Source of the DNA: Paraspadella gotoi
Lineage: Eukaryota; Animalia; Chaetognatha
NCBI GenBank assembly: GCA_051294375.1
Contig: JBJCIZ010000631.1
Location: 83,164-147,163, forward strand
Reading direction: 5' to 3'
DNA length: 64,000 nucleotides
Part shown: positions 33,801-47,399 of the stretch, piece after piece
How positions within the stretch are numbered: position 1 is the first letter of the stretch
Layout of the letters: each line of letters starts with the position of its first letter
Position numbers and translations under genes: made by a program
The notes under the pieces: model-generated
Told to the model about the DNA's origin: nothing
What the model saw: only the letters and a program-made list of their open reading frames with translations
Databases searched by the model: none

Positions 33801-35743
33801 AATTAAATAAAAATTTCAAAATAAATTAATTTAAAAAAATTCTTTTCGTCAATATTTATGATAATAAGAATCAACATTGAGTAGTTATAGACAGAATATA
33901 TCAAAATGTATTAGTCCCAATTATTACAAATGTAAATATAAAATTTAGCTGTGCCTACGAGTCCTCGCAGAAAAAAATTATCACAATTTTTTTTAATGTC
34001 ATAATGCTATCATAAAATAATTTTAATGCATCATGTGAGGTATCTTATGAAATATAACGATGTCTGCTACATGACAGCACGTGAAAAAAAAATTTCTTAA
34101 TAAAAATAAAAAATCACCAGACTACGCTACCCTATTGCCCTTCTTGTGGGCGGTTGACCCTCATGGAGACAGTACCTTAGGTCTCCGAGTACCAAACAAC
34201 TAAAAGATTATGAATCAAATATGGCGACAAGTGAAGTAAAAATGATCATAAGTAGCATCAACGGAATGGACCTATAAACGGACTTGGTTGGCCTAGTGAT
34301 GTGATTGCTCGTCTCCTTCACGAATCATCAGAATGCCGACGAATCACAGACCTTACTTCAACCTTAGAATGACCAATGACCGACAGAGGAACCGACGGAG
34401 GGATTGATGGTCAAAATTGCTAAGAGAACTCTAGGCATTCACCTCTACACCCAAACTCAAGAAAGAACACTTCTTCAAATAATTATTGAACTGTTTAATA
34501 TTGTCATCACCTTTGTCTTAACCTTTGTCATCGTGTCATCGTTACCTATGTCATCACCCTAATCATTATCCGTCCTTAATAAACTATTGTCAACCAAATA
34601 CTTTGCCACTTATCATTTACCCTCGTTATTTGACTAAACGTCAACGGTAGGGTGGGAAGCAAATTAAGCGTGATCTGTCTCTGCGTCATAAATAACTGAT
34701 GACTTTAAACCAGGTAAATACAAATTACTGATCACTAGATCTGAAATCGTGTTAGATGAAAGATCACTGAAACGTGAATTCGATTCCATATGTGACAAAT
34801 CAGTGAATCGTAAATTCAATTTGATGACAGATCACCGAGTGATAAATCCGATTCGCTGACATATCACCAGTTAGAGCGACGGTGAAGGTTGGGGTGAGAC
34901 GAAGATCATCGGCGCCTCGACGTCCATCAACCAGAAAAAAAATGAGGAAAGAAAAAGGGAGGAGAGAAGAGGAGGAAGGTTGAAAAAAGAGAAGTGAAAG
35001 AAAAATTGCAATTAAAAGAATTCATTGAGTTTAAGGAAGCATCAACAAAATACAAATAAAAGAGAAATTGGGGAAAAAACCTCGTTTTTTAATTGAATGA
35101 AAGGATAGTTTTGCATTGGTGATACCAACTTTACATCTGATATGCAAAATAAACGTTAAAAACCGGAAAAACTGAAAATATTACCATTTTTAACGTTCCC
35201 TATTAGTTATAAACATTTTTTCGACGAGGCGTCGTTTTAAAAAAGAAGAAAAAGCTCCCCACCCGTCTTTTCTTTTTTTATGTTCTAACGAGTGTTCTTG
35301 TGTTTTTGCTTTCTTGGTCGTTGTCTGCCTCTCAAATTCTCTCTCTCTCTCTCTCAAATTCTCTCTCTCTCTCTCTCTCTCTCAATACGTCTTCCCCTAT
35401 CCACAAAAATCATTAGAGCCACCTCTCGCCGGCTCAAGTCGCTTAAGCCATCCCCGCCCTTAGGACGAAAACCTTTTATCATAATGGCGTTTTTTGGGAG
35501 GTCAGAGGAAACGAGACAAATTTGAATGAATCCCTGCTCTTCCTTGTTTATTGTTTTTGTCGCTGTTCGTGTGGTTGTTAGGGAAGACGTCAATATGCGG
35601 TTGTCGAGAGATTCACATACTGGAGAAATAGCAAATTTGTAAAAGAATTGTAATTTTTTTCTTTTTTTCATGCGTGCAAATAATTGCATTGTTTTTTTAA
35701 GCGCGAATATTTTTGGGTGCAAACACTGTCGTGAATGCTTTTG

Positions 35744-36080
<337 letters not shown>

Positions 36081-36544
36081 TCTTCCGGCCGTTGATTTCA
36101 AACAGAAATGAAGGATGAATAACAAATTCTCGTCAAAACCAACCACCCGATATTTCTCGCAATGTCATTAAATCGTCGTAATTTGAATTCTACATCTCTA
36201 TTTGTTTTCTAAATCTTCGTAAGTTAGAATTTTAGTTTGTGACACCAAAGGCTAATTCGCTTTTTTTCGCAAATTTATACCCATATTTATAATATCTAGG
36301 AAAAAAAAAGTATATGACATTTTTAATAAAGGATATCAACTCGAAAACTTTTTTGATCTTAAAAAAATTAGAATGTTTTCAAATCTACATTAAATTTCCT
36401 TTCAGTAGCTTCCTTTCTATTTTTTGTAAGTCAAATCGTTTAGAAGTTAGAGGCAAAAAAATATTGGAAAAAATCATATTTAGTTTTCCACCAGTTTTGG
36501 TATTTAGTTATTTGTTTTTATTTCGAATAGAGTTAGTTATTTTT

Positions 36545-36890
36545 GTTATTATCGTCGCAATCGCTTAGCGCTTGCGACGATATTGTAACGCTTTTGCTCG
36601 TCGTGGCGTCGTCGTCGGCGTCGTCGACGGCGTCGGCGTTGTCTTCGGCGTTGTCGTCGGCGTTCCAAATTATAGATCACCTTTTTTATGATTAAATTTG
36701 GGTGTATGAAGCTGAAAATTTATATACAGCTTCTCATCATCGATGTGCTTAAAATTGAGTCTGGACAGTTATTAAATATGTTTTGTATACGTTTTATCAT
36801 AATAAACAAATTTTCTCTCTTTTATTTTCATATTTCTTTCTCTCTCTCTTTTCTCTTTTAATTACATGTCTCTCTCCCTCTCTCTTTTCC
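36545..36890 (+). mobile_element. Helentron-associated / DINE-1-like non-autonomous element, 5' part (family B)
   Basis: Hairpin TATCGTCGCAA-11 nt-TTGCGACGATA (36550-36582), a (GTC/GGCGTC)n microsatellite at 36598-36665, then a core with GCTGAAAATTTATATACAG. Segment 36735-36884 is the reverse complement of the satellite purine-rich block. Confidence 0.8.
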
Positions 36891-38169
36891 CTAGTCACTG
36901 ATTCATAAACAAAGGGGAAAAAACGAGTCTGCAGCTCTCTCTGCAGGGCTTAATAATTTTCTCTCTTTTCTCCTGCTGCTTCTGCTGCTGCCTTTTGATT
37001 TCTTTATCTGCAGCTGACTTTGCAGGGGCTCTTTCTTTTTCTCTCTTTTCTACTGCAGCTTCTGCTGCTGCCTTTTGATTTCTTTCTTTCTCTCTCTCTC
37101 TTTTTCTCTCTCTCTCTCACTCTCTCTCTCTTTCTCTCTCTGGATAATTTTTTCCCTCTAAAAACTTTTAATATCGCTATTTATTCCCAAATTTACATCC
37201 GAGATTTTCGTGGATTTTTTTTCATAAATATTATAAATATCAATCAGAATATTTTTTTCCAATATATATTTATTACTTTATTATTTTATTTTACTTTACT
37301 TCATTTTACTTCACTTTAGTCTTTACTTCACTTCGTCAGTCTGATTCAAGTTTCACTTTGTCTTTTGTCCGGGAATGTTGACAGTGTTTAGAGAGGTCGC
37401 ATTCGATCAAACTGCTCGCTTATGCGGGCTAAAAGTAAAACAAAAGTACCTTCAATAATGTTTCTCCAGACTTAGCACTTGCTTAAAATTAAACTCGAAA
37501 ATAAGTTATTTTACTGTTTTATATTTATTATTCTTTTTTTTTCTTTTTTTTTCTGTTTATAAATTAATTTTCTTTCTAAAATTTGATTTTTTTAGTGTCA
37601 AAATTTGTCGTCAATCCAGCTTTTTCTTATGCGATTATCCTTATGCTTTTAAGATTTTTTTTTTTAATTTGGCAATGCGAAAGGCCTTGCACCTCTTTTT
37701 GGTTCAAAAAAGTACTATTATAGCTCTCAGAAAAGAGAGAAAGATGCGCAACATCAACATCGGGGCTGAAAAAAATTGCGTTAAAGATGTGGAAAAATAT
37801 TTCACTGTCATACCTCAATTTACCCAAACGAATGCAGGCAGTAGTCAATGCCGAGGAAGGGCATACAAAATATTGAGAATGTTTTACCCATGTTTTGTAT
37901 ACTTTTTATTGAATAAATGAAATATGTTATATACTTTTTTCCTAGATAGTAGATAGTAACAATCAATGTAATGAACAAAAATGATCAAACGCGTTTAATT
38001 TCTTCATTCCGCTTTCTGATAAAACCAAATGAATTCAGTCGTGAACAGGCGCAGCTACACTCAAACGCAATTCTGTTAACTATTAAGACTCCTAGTCATA
38101 TTTTTTTTCCAACCCGTCCTCCAACTGCCGTTTCCCACTGGTTTTACTTTTCAAATAAAAGAAAATAAA

Positions 38170-38820
38170 ACCCGATCCAATAAAAGTTTTAAGGCTTCGA
38201 CGCTCCGATGAAACCGGACTTTGATCAGGGGAGGCGGGCGGAAATACCTTTAATTGGCTCAGAGGGCGGCTTGACCTCTGTGGGGCGAAAGAAGAGGGCT
38301 GAGCGACTGGGGGATTCGATTCGCGAAGGCCAGGAGAAGCGTGGACGCGTTGGGGGGTAGCTGTGGAGTGAAAAACTGGGTTGAAGTGGTGAGAGGGGAA
38401 TAATTGGGGCTTTCGGTTGAAACGAAGGTTGGCGAAAATTTAGCGTTTAAAATTTCAACGGTGAAGGCCGACTGAGATGGTAGGCCCGTTGGGGGTTTGA
38501 AGAAAGAGTAAAAAGATTAACGTCGGGTCAGAAAGAGGCAGAAAAATGGAGGCATGAGGCGTGGAGACAGGGTCAGTCGCGTTGATCCAGATCGGACAGA
38601 GTGTCGTCACAGAGATTAACCAGGTCAAGCTCAAAGATTTGGTAGAGGGGGGGGCAGATTGGAGGCCGAAATTGGAGAGGCGGAATCGGGAGGGCGGAAG
38701 GCGAAAGAAAGGTGACGCCAGGGCGGAGATGTAGGTCGGTCGTCCGCCGGTTTTGAGGGACAGACGTCAGCGGATAATCCTGAGAAGAGGTCAAAGTTAA
38801 GAGGATTTAGTTGTTTCGAT
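38170..38820. other. GC-rich, G/A-skewed island of unknown origin (possible retroelement fragment)
   Basis: Sharp compositional contrast with the flanks. No recognisable protein motif in any reading. Confidence 0.3.
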
Positions 38821-39279
38821 TTTTCTGGCCTCTACGAAATACCCCGGATTAAACTGGATCTAAAATATTCCGTCTTTATTTTTAGTAGGGGCTATTTTAT
38901 TTGTTTTGTGGTGGGAATTGAATCCTAACAGACGTGACCATGATTAATTGATCATATAGGAACCCATTTAATTCAAGAAAAAAACCAGGTCTTCATGTTA
39001 AACGGCGATGAGAAGACTAAGTCTGAAAATTAAATTTTAAAATTTAATGCATGAAAATTCAATTGATCGATTCTAAATGTAGATTTATTTGTTGGTTTTT
39101 TTGCAGTAAAAAAGCGAATGATTCAAATGCAAACGAATCCGCTGAAAACAATGTAGTCTCATCCGTTCAAACATAAAGTTAAAGCAGGAAATAAAGAGGC
39201 GAGAAATGTACGTATTCCTAGTATACCTCTAGTTGACAAAAATGTTGGTGAAACCGACAGAGAAAACTTGTAAGTAAAT

Positions 39280-39890
39280 AAACAAGTTTGAGCAAACAAT
39301 GTCGGATCTGCATACAATAATTAAGCGGTAATCTGCTAATCAGATGATAAATCACAATATTTTTATTTCTTTTTTTTAACTCGCATCATTTTTTGAACTC
39401 GTATAATTTTTTCCACGCACATAATTTTTCAACTCATCATTTTTTGAATTTACATCATTTTTACAATTCGCATCATTTTTTTAACTCGCATCATTTTTTT
39501 AACTCGCATCATTATTTCCACGCACATTATTTTTTCAACTCATAATTTTTTCAATTTACATCATTTTTACACTTCGCATCATTTTTTCAACTTGCATAAT
39601 TTTTTCAACTAAATGCAACTTATGTTTTTTCCATTTAAACTCATTTCCTCTCGAAACTTTATATCCAGCTTCATCTCACACTGTCCTACCCACACACAAA
39701 ATTTCATTCCAATCCAACAAGTCAATCACAAGTTATTGGAGCTTTTTGCTAAGATGGGATGGATGGACGGATTGATTGACTAATTATTAATTAACTGATT
39801 AATTATTGATTTATTAATACATCTTTATTTACATTTAATATAAAAGGGAAAAGAAGCCATAATCAATTAGTGAAACAGGTTTTTTTTTGT
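39280..39890 (-). mobile_element. Family A Helentron-associated element, 3' end and core, with an internal ~20-bp tandem array
   Basis: Subterminal repeat GTCGGATCTGC at 39301, followed on the minus strand by a short stem-loop and TTGTTT. An array of TTTTTTAACTCGCATCA variants lies at 39370-39610. Segments 39630-39770 and 39770-39890 are reverse complements of ~33320-33480 and ~33640-33780. Confidence 0.75.
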
Positions 39891-39892
39891 TG

Positions 39893-40005
39893 AATGAAGA
39901 CTATCATCGCATCCATCATTTGGTTATCATCGCATCAATCCTTCGGTATACATCGCATCAATTTTGGTTATCATCAAAGTAGGCTCGATTCCTTATGCTT
40001 TTAAT
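39893..40005 (+). repeat. 22-bp ATCATCGCATCAAT-type minisatellite plus conserved terminal motif
   Basis: Same unit and same end (AAAGYAGGCTCGAT..CCTTATGCTTTTAA) as 50739-51025. Confidence 0.8.
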
Positions 40006-40256
40006 TTTTTTTTTTTTTTTTATAATACCAAAAACAGTATTGACATAATCATAAACAGTAATAGTGTAAAGACTGGAAAACTAAACTATGTATTGAAATT
40101 CAATAGAAACAAAAGACCCTAACATTTAAAAGACTGGAAAACAAGTAAAAACTAAACTACATATTGAAATTCAATAAAAACAAAAGACACTAAACGTTTA
40201 AAATCATTAATAAATTTTATGAACTAATTCATAAGAAACTATAAAAAATAACGTTT
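40005..40256 (-). mobile_element. Poly(A)-tailed dispersed repeat, probable non-LTR retroposon 3' end (copy 1)
   Basis: T-run followed by ~240 bp shared in direct orientation with 53575-53852, with an internal ~70-bp duplication (AAACTAAACTA..TATTGAAATTCAATA). Confidence 0.5.
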
Positions 40257-40779
40257 AAGATTTTTTATATAAAAAACTACTACGCTTTTATAGGTTTTGC
40301 TGTGACTTACCGTTTTTTTTTTAATAAAAATTATTATGAATTATGATAAAGTTTTACAAAAGTGTGCGATCATAGTAAGTTAAAAATTTAGATATGGCTT
40401 CTCATCTTGAAATAGCTTTGATATTTTCTTATTACATTTGGATTTAAGTATTTTTTGTTGAATTTCCACTTCATTATGATTTACTGCAATATGCAAATGA
40501 GATTATAGTACTCATTATATATCCAAATTAGTATATAGAAATGCTTTAATCTAATTTACAAATTGCAGTATATAATATTGAAGATTAAATTCAAATTTTT
40601 TTTTAAATCTATAATAAAAAATGGAAACTCAAATAACTTTTTAATGAGAAGCTATATCTTAATTTTAATACAAATAAAAATAAAATCGTTAACAACCTAT
40701 GATTGGAAAAATTGTAAAAATTTCCAATTGTAAACCATTGTAACATTTTTTGCCTTTCTTTTATTTATTTTTTAATTAT

Positions 40780-41536
40780 ATATATATTTTTTTCAGGCGC
40801 TGCCTTTTCTGAATCGTTAAAAAACGAGTTCAGGGTCTCTCTCAGTCTCTCTTAGTCTCTCTCTGTCTCTCTCTGTGTGCGTCTGTCTCTCTCTGTACGA
40901 TCTCTTGCGTGATCATTCGTTTTTTGAAAAATTCTGATTATTTTTTCTTTCTAAAAAAATATATATTTGATCAGGCACTGCCTTTTCTGAATCGTTTTAA
41001 ACGAGTTCAGGCTCTCTCTCTCTCTCCCTCCGTCTCCCTCCCTCTCTCTCTCTTTCTCTCTATCTCTCTCTCTCTCTTTCTCTTTATCTGTCTCTTTCTC
41101 TCTCTCTCTCTCTTTTTTTTTTTTTTTTCAAAAAGAATTTTAGTCACTTTTTTTTTTCACCACCGTCACAAGGCGATGAGAAAACGAGTTCCGGCTCTCT
41201 CTCTCTCTCTCTCTCTCTTATCTTTCTCTCTATCTGTCTCTTTCTCTCTCCTCTCTCACTCTCTCTCTCTCTCTCTCTTTTTTTTTTTTTAGAAAAATAA
41301 TTTTTTAGTCACTTTTTTTTTTCACCACCGTCACTAGGCGACGAGTAAAGATTAAACGAGTTCCGGCTCTCTCTCTCTCTCTCTCTCTTTCTCTCTTTTT
41401 TTTTCTCTCTCTCTCTCTCTCTATCATTCTCTTTTTTTTTACAAAAAAAAATTTTTAGTCACTTTTTTTTCACCACCGTCACTAGGCGACGAGTAAACGA
41501 GTTCCAGCTCTGCAGCGTCTGTTCAGCTTCTTTCTT

Positions 41537-41580
<44 letters not shown>

Positions 41581-41800
41581 GATCGTTCGTTTTTTGAAAA
41601 ATCTTATTATTTCTTTCCTTATAAAAACTTTTATTATCGCCATTTATTTTTTTTCTCAATACAAAATCCAAATTTACATCCGAGATTTTCGTGGATTCAT
41701 TTTAGAAAAAGGGAAGAATAACTTATAATGCAGGCAATGTCACATGTACATCAACTTGTGTGACAGGCAATTGCGCGGATTAATATAAATAATATAATAA
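40780..41800 (-). mobile_element. Modular element with the same head as 20066-20385 and TC-rich ~160-180-bp internal repeats
   Basis: Three copies of TTTTAGTCACTTTTTTTTCACCACCGTCAC.AGGCGAYGAG at ~41138, ~41303 and ~41453. Two copies of CAGGCRCTGCCTTTTCTGAATCGTT at ~40794 and ~40972. Head at 41510-41800. Confidence 0.65.
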
Positions 41801-41981
41801 GTATCTTGTAAAAGTGATGGAGGCCCTTAAACCACCAAAGCCTGTCCAAAGATCAGGGGCGAGATAGCTTATTTATTAAATGAATGGATAATTTTTATAT
41901 TGGTTGTACCAATTTCATAAAAAATTCAGCTCCTTGTATTTTGATGCTAGTGCGGAGTACAATAAGTATTCCCCTCGATCA

Positions 41982-42006
41982 NNNNNNNNNNNNNNNNNNN
42001 NNNNNN
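41982..42006. other. Assembly gap (25 N)
   Basis: N run. Confidence 1.
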
Positions 42007-42491
42007 TTACATATTGCAGTATATAATATTGAAGATTAAATTCAAATTTTTTTTTTAAATCTATAATAAAAATGGAAACTCAAAATAACTTTTTAATGAG
42101 AAGCTATATCTTAATTTTAATACAAATAAAAATAAAATCGTTAACAACCTATGATTGGAAAAATTGTAAAAATTTCCAATTGTAAACCATTGTAACATTT
42201 TTTGCCTTTCTTTTATTTATTTTTTAATTATATATATATTTTTTCAGGCGCTGCCTTTTCTGAATCGTTAAAAAACGAGTTCAGGGTCTCTCTCAGTCTC
42301 TCTTAGTCTCTCTCTGTCTCTCTCTGTGTGCGTCTGTCTCTCTCTGTACGATCTCTTGCGTGATCATTCGTTTTTTGAAAAATTCTGATTATTTTTTTCT
42401 TTCTAAAAAAAATATATATTTGATCAGGCACTGCCTTTTCTGAATCGTTTTAAAACGAGTTCAGGCTCTCTCTCTCTCTCCCTCCGTCTCC
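42007..42491 (+). repeat. Near-identical direct duplicate of 40556-41037 starting at a gap edge
   Basis: TTACA.ATTGCAGTATATAATATTGAAG...CTCCCTCCGTCTCC is shared, with only homopolymer-type differences. Confidence 0.92.
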
Positions 42492-45400
42492 GAAATATCG
42501 TAGTCCCATCCAAAGGCCAATCCCGATGCTGAACAGGATCATACAAAAACTAAGCACGGATCCACCAGCACACTATGCTTGGGCACCCAGAGTAGAAGGA
42601 TAGGATTACGGCCTTCACTCACTAGCACCACACACTTACAGTAATGCGAAAATCAACAAGGAAAATTTAATCATACCAAAGACTAGACAAGCAAAGTGAC
42701 GTCAAGGTAAAATAGTGAAAAAATGTGCAAAATATCAACTGATGGGACAAAGATACAATGAAACCCTCCGTCAGCAAGAGATAACGCTTACGCAGTTGAC
42801 TGAACACCTGGAGAAATCCCGATAACAACATTGACGTGATGCATACTGGCACCCAGACATCGGGAATTACCAATTATGCACACTAGAAAAGATGTAGACA
42901 TACAAAGAGTACATAATAAGCAATCTCTGCCTATACGTGGCAAATACCAGCTAAAGCCGGAGCTGATGCAGCATCAATATGTAAAAGCTCTTATCGGAGA
43001 TGGAAAAGAGTTTTTTCTAGCTTCATGGGGCCTACCTTGAAGTCAAACCATTTGACGGTGCCACCCAACTCAAATGGCGCAGCAATGACCTTCGATCTCA
43101 AAGACTGGCTAGCACGGAACACGTCGGGTAAGACATTGTATTGGTAGGTAATACGAAAAGTGATACGTAACTAGGGTTGATAAGAGACGACAGAATATGA
43201 GGCGAAAATTACACGTAACAAGAAAATATCACTACTAATGGACCCTTCTGAGAGAGCGCAAGGCCTGTTGAAAGATCAACCAAAATAAGTGGCTTGACAG
43301 TTGCCACAAAACCTAAAATGCTTCTCCTTAAATGCCACTCGCCGATTATTGGATGGAAAGGACAGATCATGTAGGCCACAATAAAGATACAATTCGGGAA
43401 GCGCTACCAAGAGATCCCACGTCCGTATCCAGTAATACCATCGAAGAGTGCAGAATTGATTACATTAAAAGAGAGACCTCAGTACTCCCGGCTAACAAGA
43501 GAGAACTTTAATTTCGTGCAGAGAGCCTGACAGACAGGTGGAAAGATAAGTTTCGAGGAAAGGTCGAGTCTCCAAACTTAGCTGAACATATCACGTCATA
43601 TACATATGACTATTAAATGCGCCAATCACCAGAACAAGATCCTTAACCCGTAACGAACCACATGGAAATCCTAGTATGGCATATGGAGACTGGTGCTCTT
43701 CACACGAGGCGTGACTCCGAATCATCAAAATACAGTGAATCGGTGCTCTCCTGCATCTAACGGGCACAATAAGGTCAACCGATTTAGGCTCTTGGTCCCG
43801 CGATCAGAGAATGCATTGGAGAAAGGAAGCACAAAACGGAAATCAATTACATCGTCCTTCTGTTGCTGGTAAAAATATGAGATATCACATAGACCGCGCC
43901 TAAAACTGCAGTAGCAGGCAAAGTGGGGCACTTAGGAAATGCAGGGCAAGCGACGAATCATGAAAAGAAAAACATGTAAAAATAAAAAAAACACTACGTA
44001 AACAATAAAAAATTAGAGATAAAACTTATAGCAAAAACAAAAATATATATATATAAAAGACACATATAGTAGAAACAAAAAACGAAATAGAAAACAAGAG
44101 AAAAAAACATAAAAAAACACAAAATCCACATGTTTGGTGTTGTTCCGGCCTACACAACAGAACAACGGGTAAGAGAAACTAAATAATAATATACCAGCAT
44201 CCCAGGCGACCCGAGAGCAACGTGAAGACCGAACGACTCATTAACTAATACAATCAGCTCGAGATGCCACTCACCATGCCCACATGCATGACGTCGAGAC
44301 GTATTACGCGAGATAGAATTGAGACCACGTTGGCGGCCCTTCGTCTGTCTGGGGAGGGGGGACGCATCACCGAGATGTAAATTGACGCAACGCGGATGGA
44401 ACAGACGAAGAAGGATCTAAGGAATTGAGGATTTCCGGAAGTGGAATGATGATTCGTGGGAATGATTCGGAACGGGGACTTTTGGAAGCCTAGAGATCCC
44501 AGAAAAGCGCGATACGAATTCACGTTTCCCGGGAAGTGAGGAAAAGAAGCGCTTCCCAGAACGGAGGAAGGAGGATAGGATCTTCGCGTGACAGGGACCT
44601 CGGGATAACCCTTGGGCTTCGGTCTACTTGCTCATTATAATAGCGCTCTGTTTCCTGCTTTTGATTTCACTGTCCAAAAATTGACTCTCAGTTCATTGGA
44701 GTGAAACCGGTCTTTCTCCGGTTTGTTTATCGTTTCTGATAAATAAAATTCCTACGGGCTTTGATTCTTGCGCAGTATTGAAATCCTGTCGTGGCTTACT
44801 TAAATGGTATCTAGGGTTCGGTCGGTCGGGTAAGTCGGGGAAATGAGTTTAGCCTCAAAATCGAGGGAAGACAGTCAACTTGGGAATACGAGAGTAATGT
44901 TTCAGGAAATAAGGTGAAAAAAGTTTTTAGAGTAGTCAGTTCGGGATCACAAAGGGGCTAAGGATTTCGAGAGATAAAGATTTTAGCTTAAATAGTATGC
45001 GGTATAACAGTGGTGGAGACTCTGTGATGAAGTAGAAATTTGTCTTTGACTAATTGGTTAGGTTGGATTCAGGAGGATGAAGTGCTGGACGAAAGTACAT
45101 GGGAAACTAGGAAAACGTTGACCCTAAAAATTTTTTAAAGATTATCTCGGTCATTGATTCGGGGTTTTGGAAATGAGGATTGGAAAGCAAGGAACAAAAG
45201 ACAGGCTGTCGTACCGCCTCTGGGTAAAAGGAAAATACTCAGATCGGTCACAAATTATGTCGAGTGAGATCGGGGCCTAAACGGGTCGGTGTCAAAAGGA
45301 GTGTTTTTTGTTACGTCGTTTTGGTAGCTAAACATCCTAAAAATTTATGATTTTTTTTCAATAGAAATAGTAACCACGAGTTTACCGTCTTTATACATAC

Positions 45401-45959
45401 TGTTTCCTCGTCCAATTTTTGGGTATATTCACTCGACGGTACTACAAAGACACGGTCTCGCGGTTTTCGGTTTGCTTCCTCAAGCAGTTGCTCCGGTAGG
45501 GCTGTCTGTTCTTATTTCTTTTTTATCAGAAGGCACCAAAAGTTGTTATGCTTCGTCTTACTTTTTTTTTTTGTTCTTTTCGTTTGTTTTTTTTTCACAA
45601 ATTTTGTTTTTGTTGCGTGAGAAAAAAGGTGTATACATTTTACCAAATGCGGCAAAAAAAATGTAAGTTTAGTTTGTGAAGATTTATCATGGGGTTAGGT
45701 GTGCCTTTGAGTATTTGTTGTTTTGGTGCTTTTTAATAAAAAAAATTATATTGAGTGGATTAGCGAGAAAAAAATCGCGAGGTTACACTACGAAAAAAAA
45801 AAGCTATTAGTTTTGAAGAAAAAGAACAATAGTCGAATCATGCCTAACAATAATTCAAGACGGTATATAACTCTCGCTAATGTCTAGATGACCACCTCGG
45901 AAATCCACAATATTTTTTAGTTATACTATAATGAATTTTTTTTAAAACGTTTTGCAGAT

Positions 45960-47340
45960 TCAATATTTCTTTTTAACTCGACGAGTCATTGTTTTAACAC
46001 TAATTCTGGCATAATTTCTTTGCCTAAACACATGTCAGAGCCAGTAATGAGATTTTTCACAAAACTTGCACATCGATTATAATTTTTATCAATGCCTCTC
46101 GCATCATTCTTTTTTACACGTCTGCATTATCACATTTCTCATATTTTTCGCTAACGGTCACTTAATTTTTTACTAAAGTCTAAATCCACATATTTGTTCT
46201 CGAATTTAGCATCATTAAGTTTAACTAGGATTGTCTTATGGCACTGCATTTTTTTTAACTTGCATATTTTTTCAACTTGGCATCAATTTTTTTCACACTT
46301 GCATAATTTCTGTCAACTTGCATAAATTTCAACTTGCATAAGTTTTTTAACGTTTGCTAATAATTTTTTTTCCCAACTTGCATTAAATTTTTTCAACTAG
46401 GGTGGCATAATTTTTTCAACTTGCATAATTTTTTCAACTTGCATAATTGGTGGTTCAAGGGCTGCCAGACATAATTGGTCTCTATCAATAACCACAACGT
46501 ATGCATAAATCTAATATAATTTATAACCTATCGCACCTATTTTTTCAACTTGGCAATAATTTTTTCACACCTGCGATAATTTTTTCAACTGTTGCAACTA
46601 ATTATTTTTTTAAACTTGCCAGTTAATTTTTTCAACTTGCATAATTTTTATTTTTATTATACCAATTGACTGACACGTAGGAGCATAATTAACATTTTCA
46701 ACTGCAACATTGAATAACTTATTTAATACCCTTTGGCTCAGGAAAAAACCACCAGGTCATGACATAATAACTTTTTTCAACTTGACAATATCTGAATAAA
46801 ATGTTACCTCTTCAACTCTGCATATTAACATTTTTGTGCCATGAGGAGAGATTGCTTTTGCAATAATGTATATTTTTTCTTCAAAGAACTCGGAGTAATG
46901 CCTGCATAACTATTTTTCGAAGACGTTGCATTAATTATTTTCACGTTGCAATAATTTTTTGTTCAATGTTGCTATAATTGTTTTTCTTTTCCCGATGACA
47001 GTAATATACACACTTTAAGGGCACATACATATAGCTTGCTTATACAATAGCTTAAATAGGTTCTTATTTTGGCTCCCAATTTGCATACATTTTTTCACAT
47101 ATCTTTGCCAGACCAATGTTTTTCAAGGACTAGCATAAAATTGTTTTGGTCAACATCTTGACATAATTTTTTTAAACTGTGCATACCATTTTTTCAACTT
47201 GCATAATTTTTTCACTTGCATATTTTTTTCCAAATCTTGGCCGGTATTTTTTTCAACTTGCGAAGATATTTTTTTTCTAACTTGCATAATTTTTTCAACC
47301 TTGATAATTTTTTTTAAAATTTGTATCACAATTTTTTCAA
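45960..47340 (+). repeat. Noisy ~19-20-bp minisatellite (TTTTTTCAACTTGCATAA)n
   Basis: The unit recurs at 46250-46450, 46540-46650 and 47190-47340. It is related to the array at 39370-39610. Confidence 0.8.
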
Positions 47341-47399
47341 ATGGTAATTAATTCAATTAATTAAAACATTAATAGTTAGTAATCTATAATAAAAAATTG

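Noticed and set aside
43905-43950. Possible gag zinc knuckle (C..GKVGHL..CR) on the plus strand
   Set aside because: It needs two frameshifts, lacks correct Cys spacing, and the tract is probably in mirror state.
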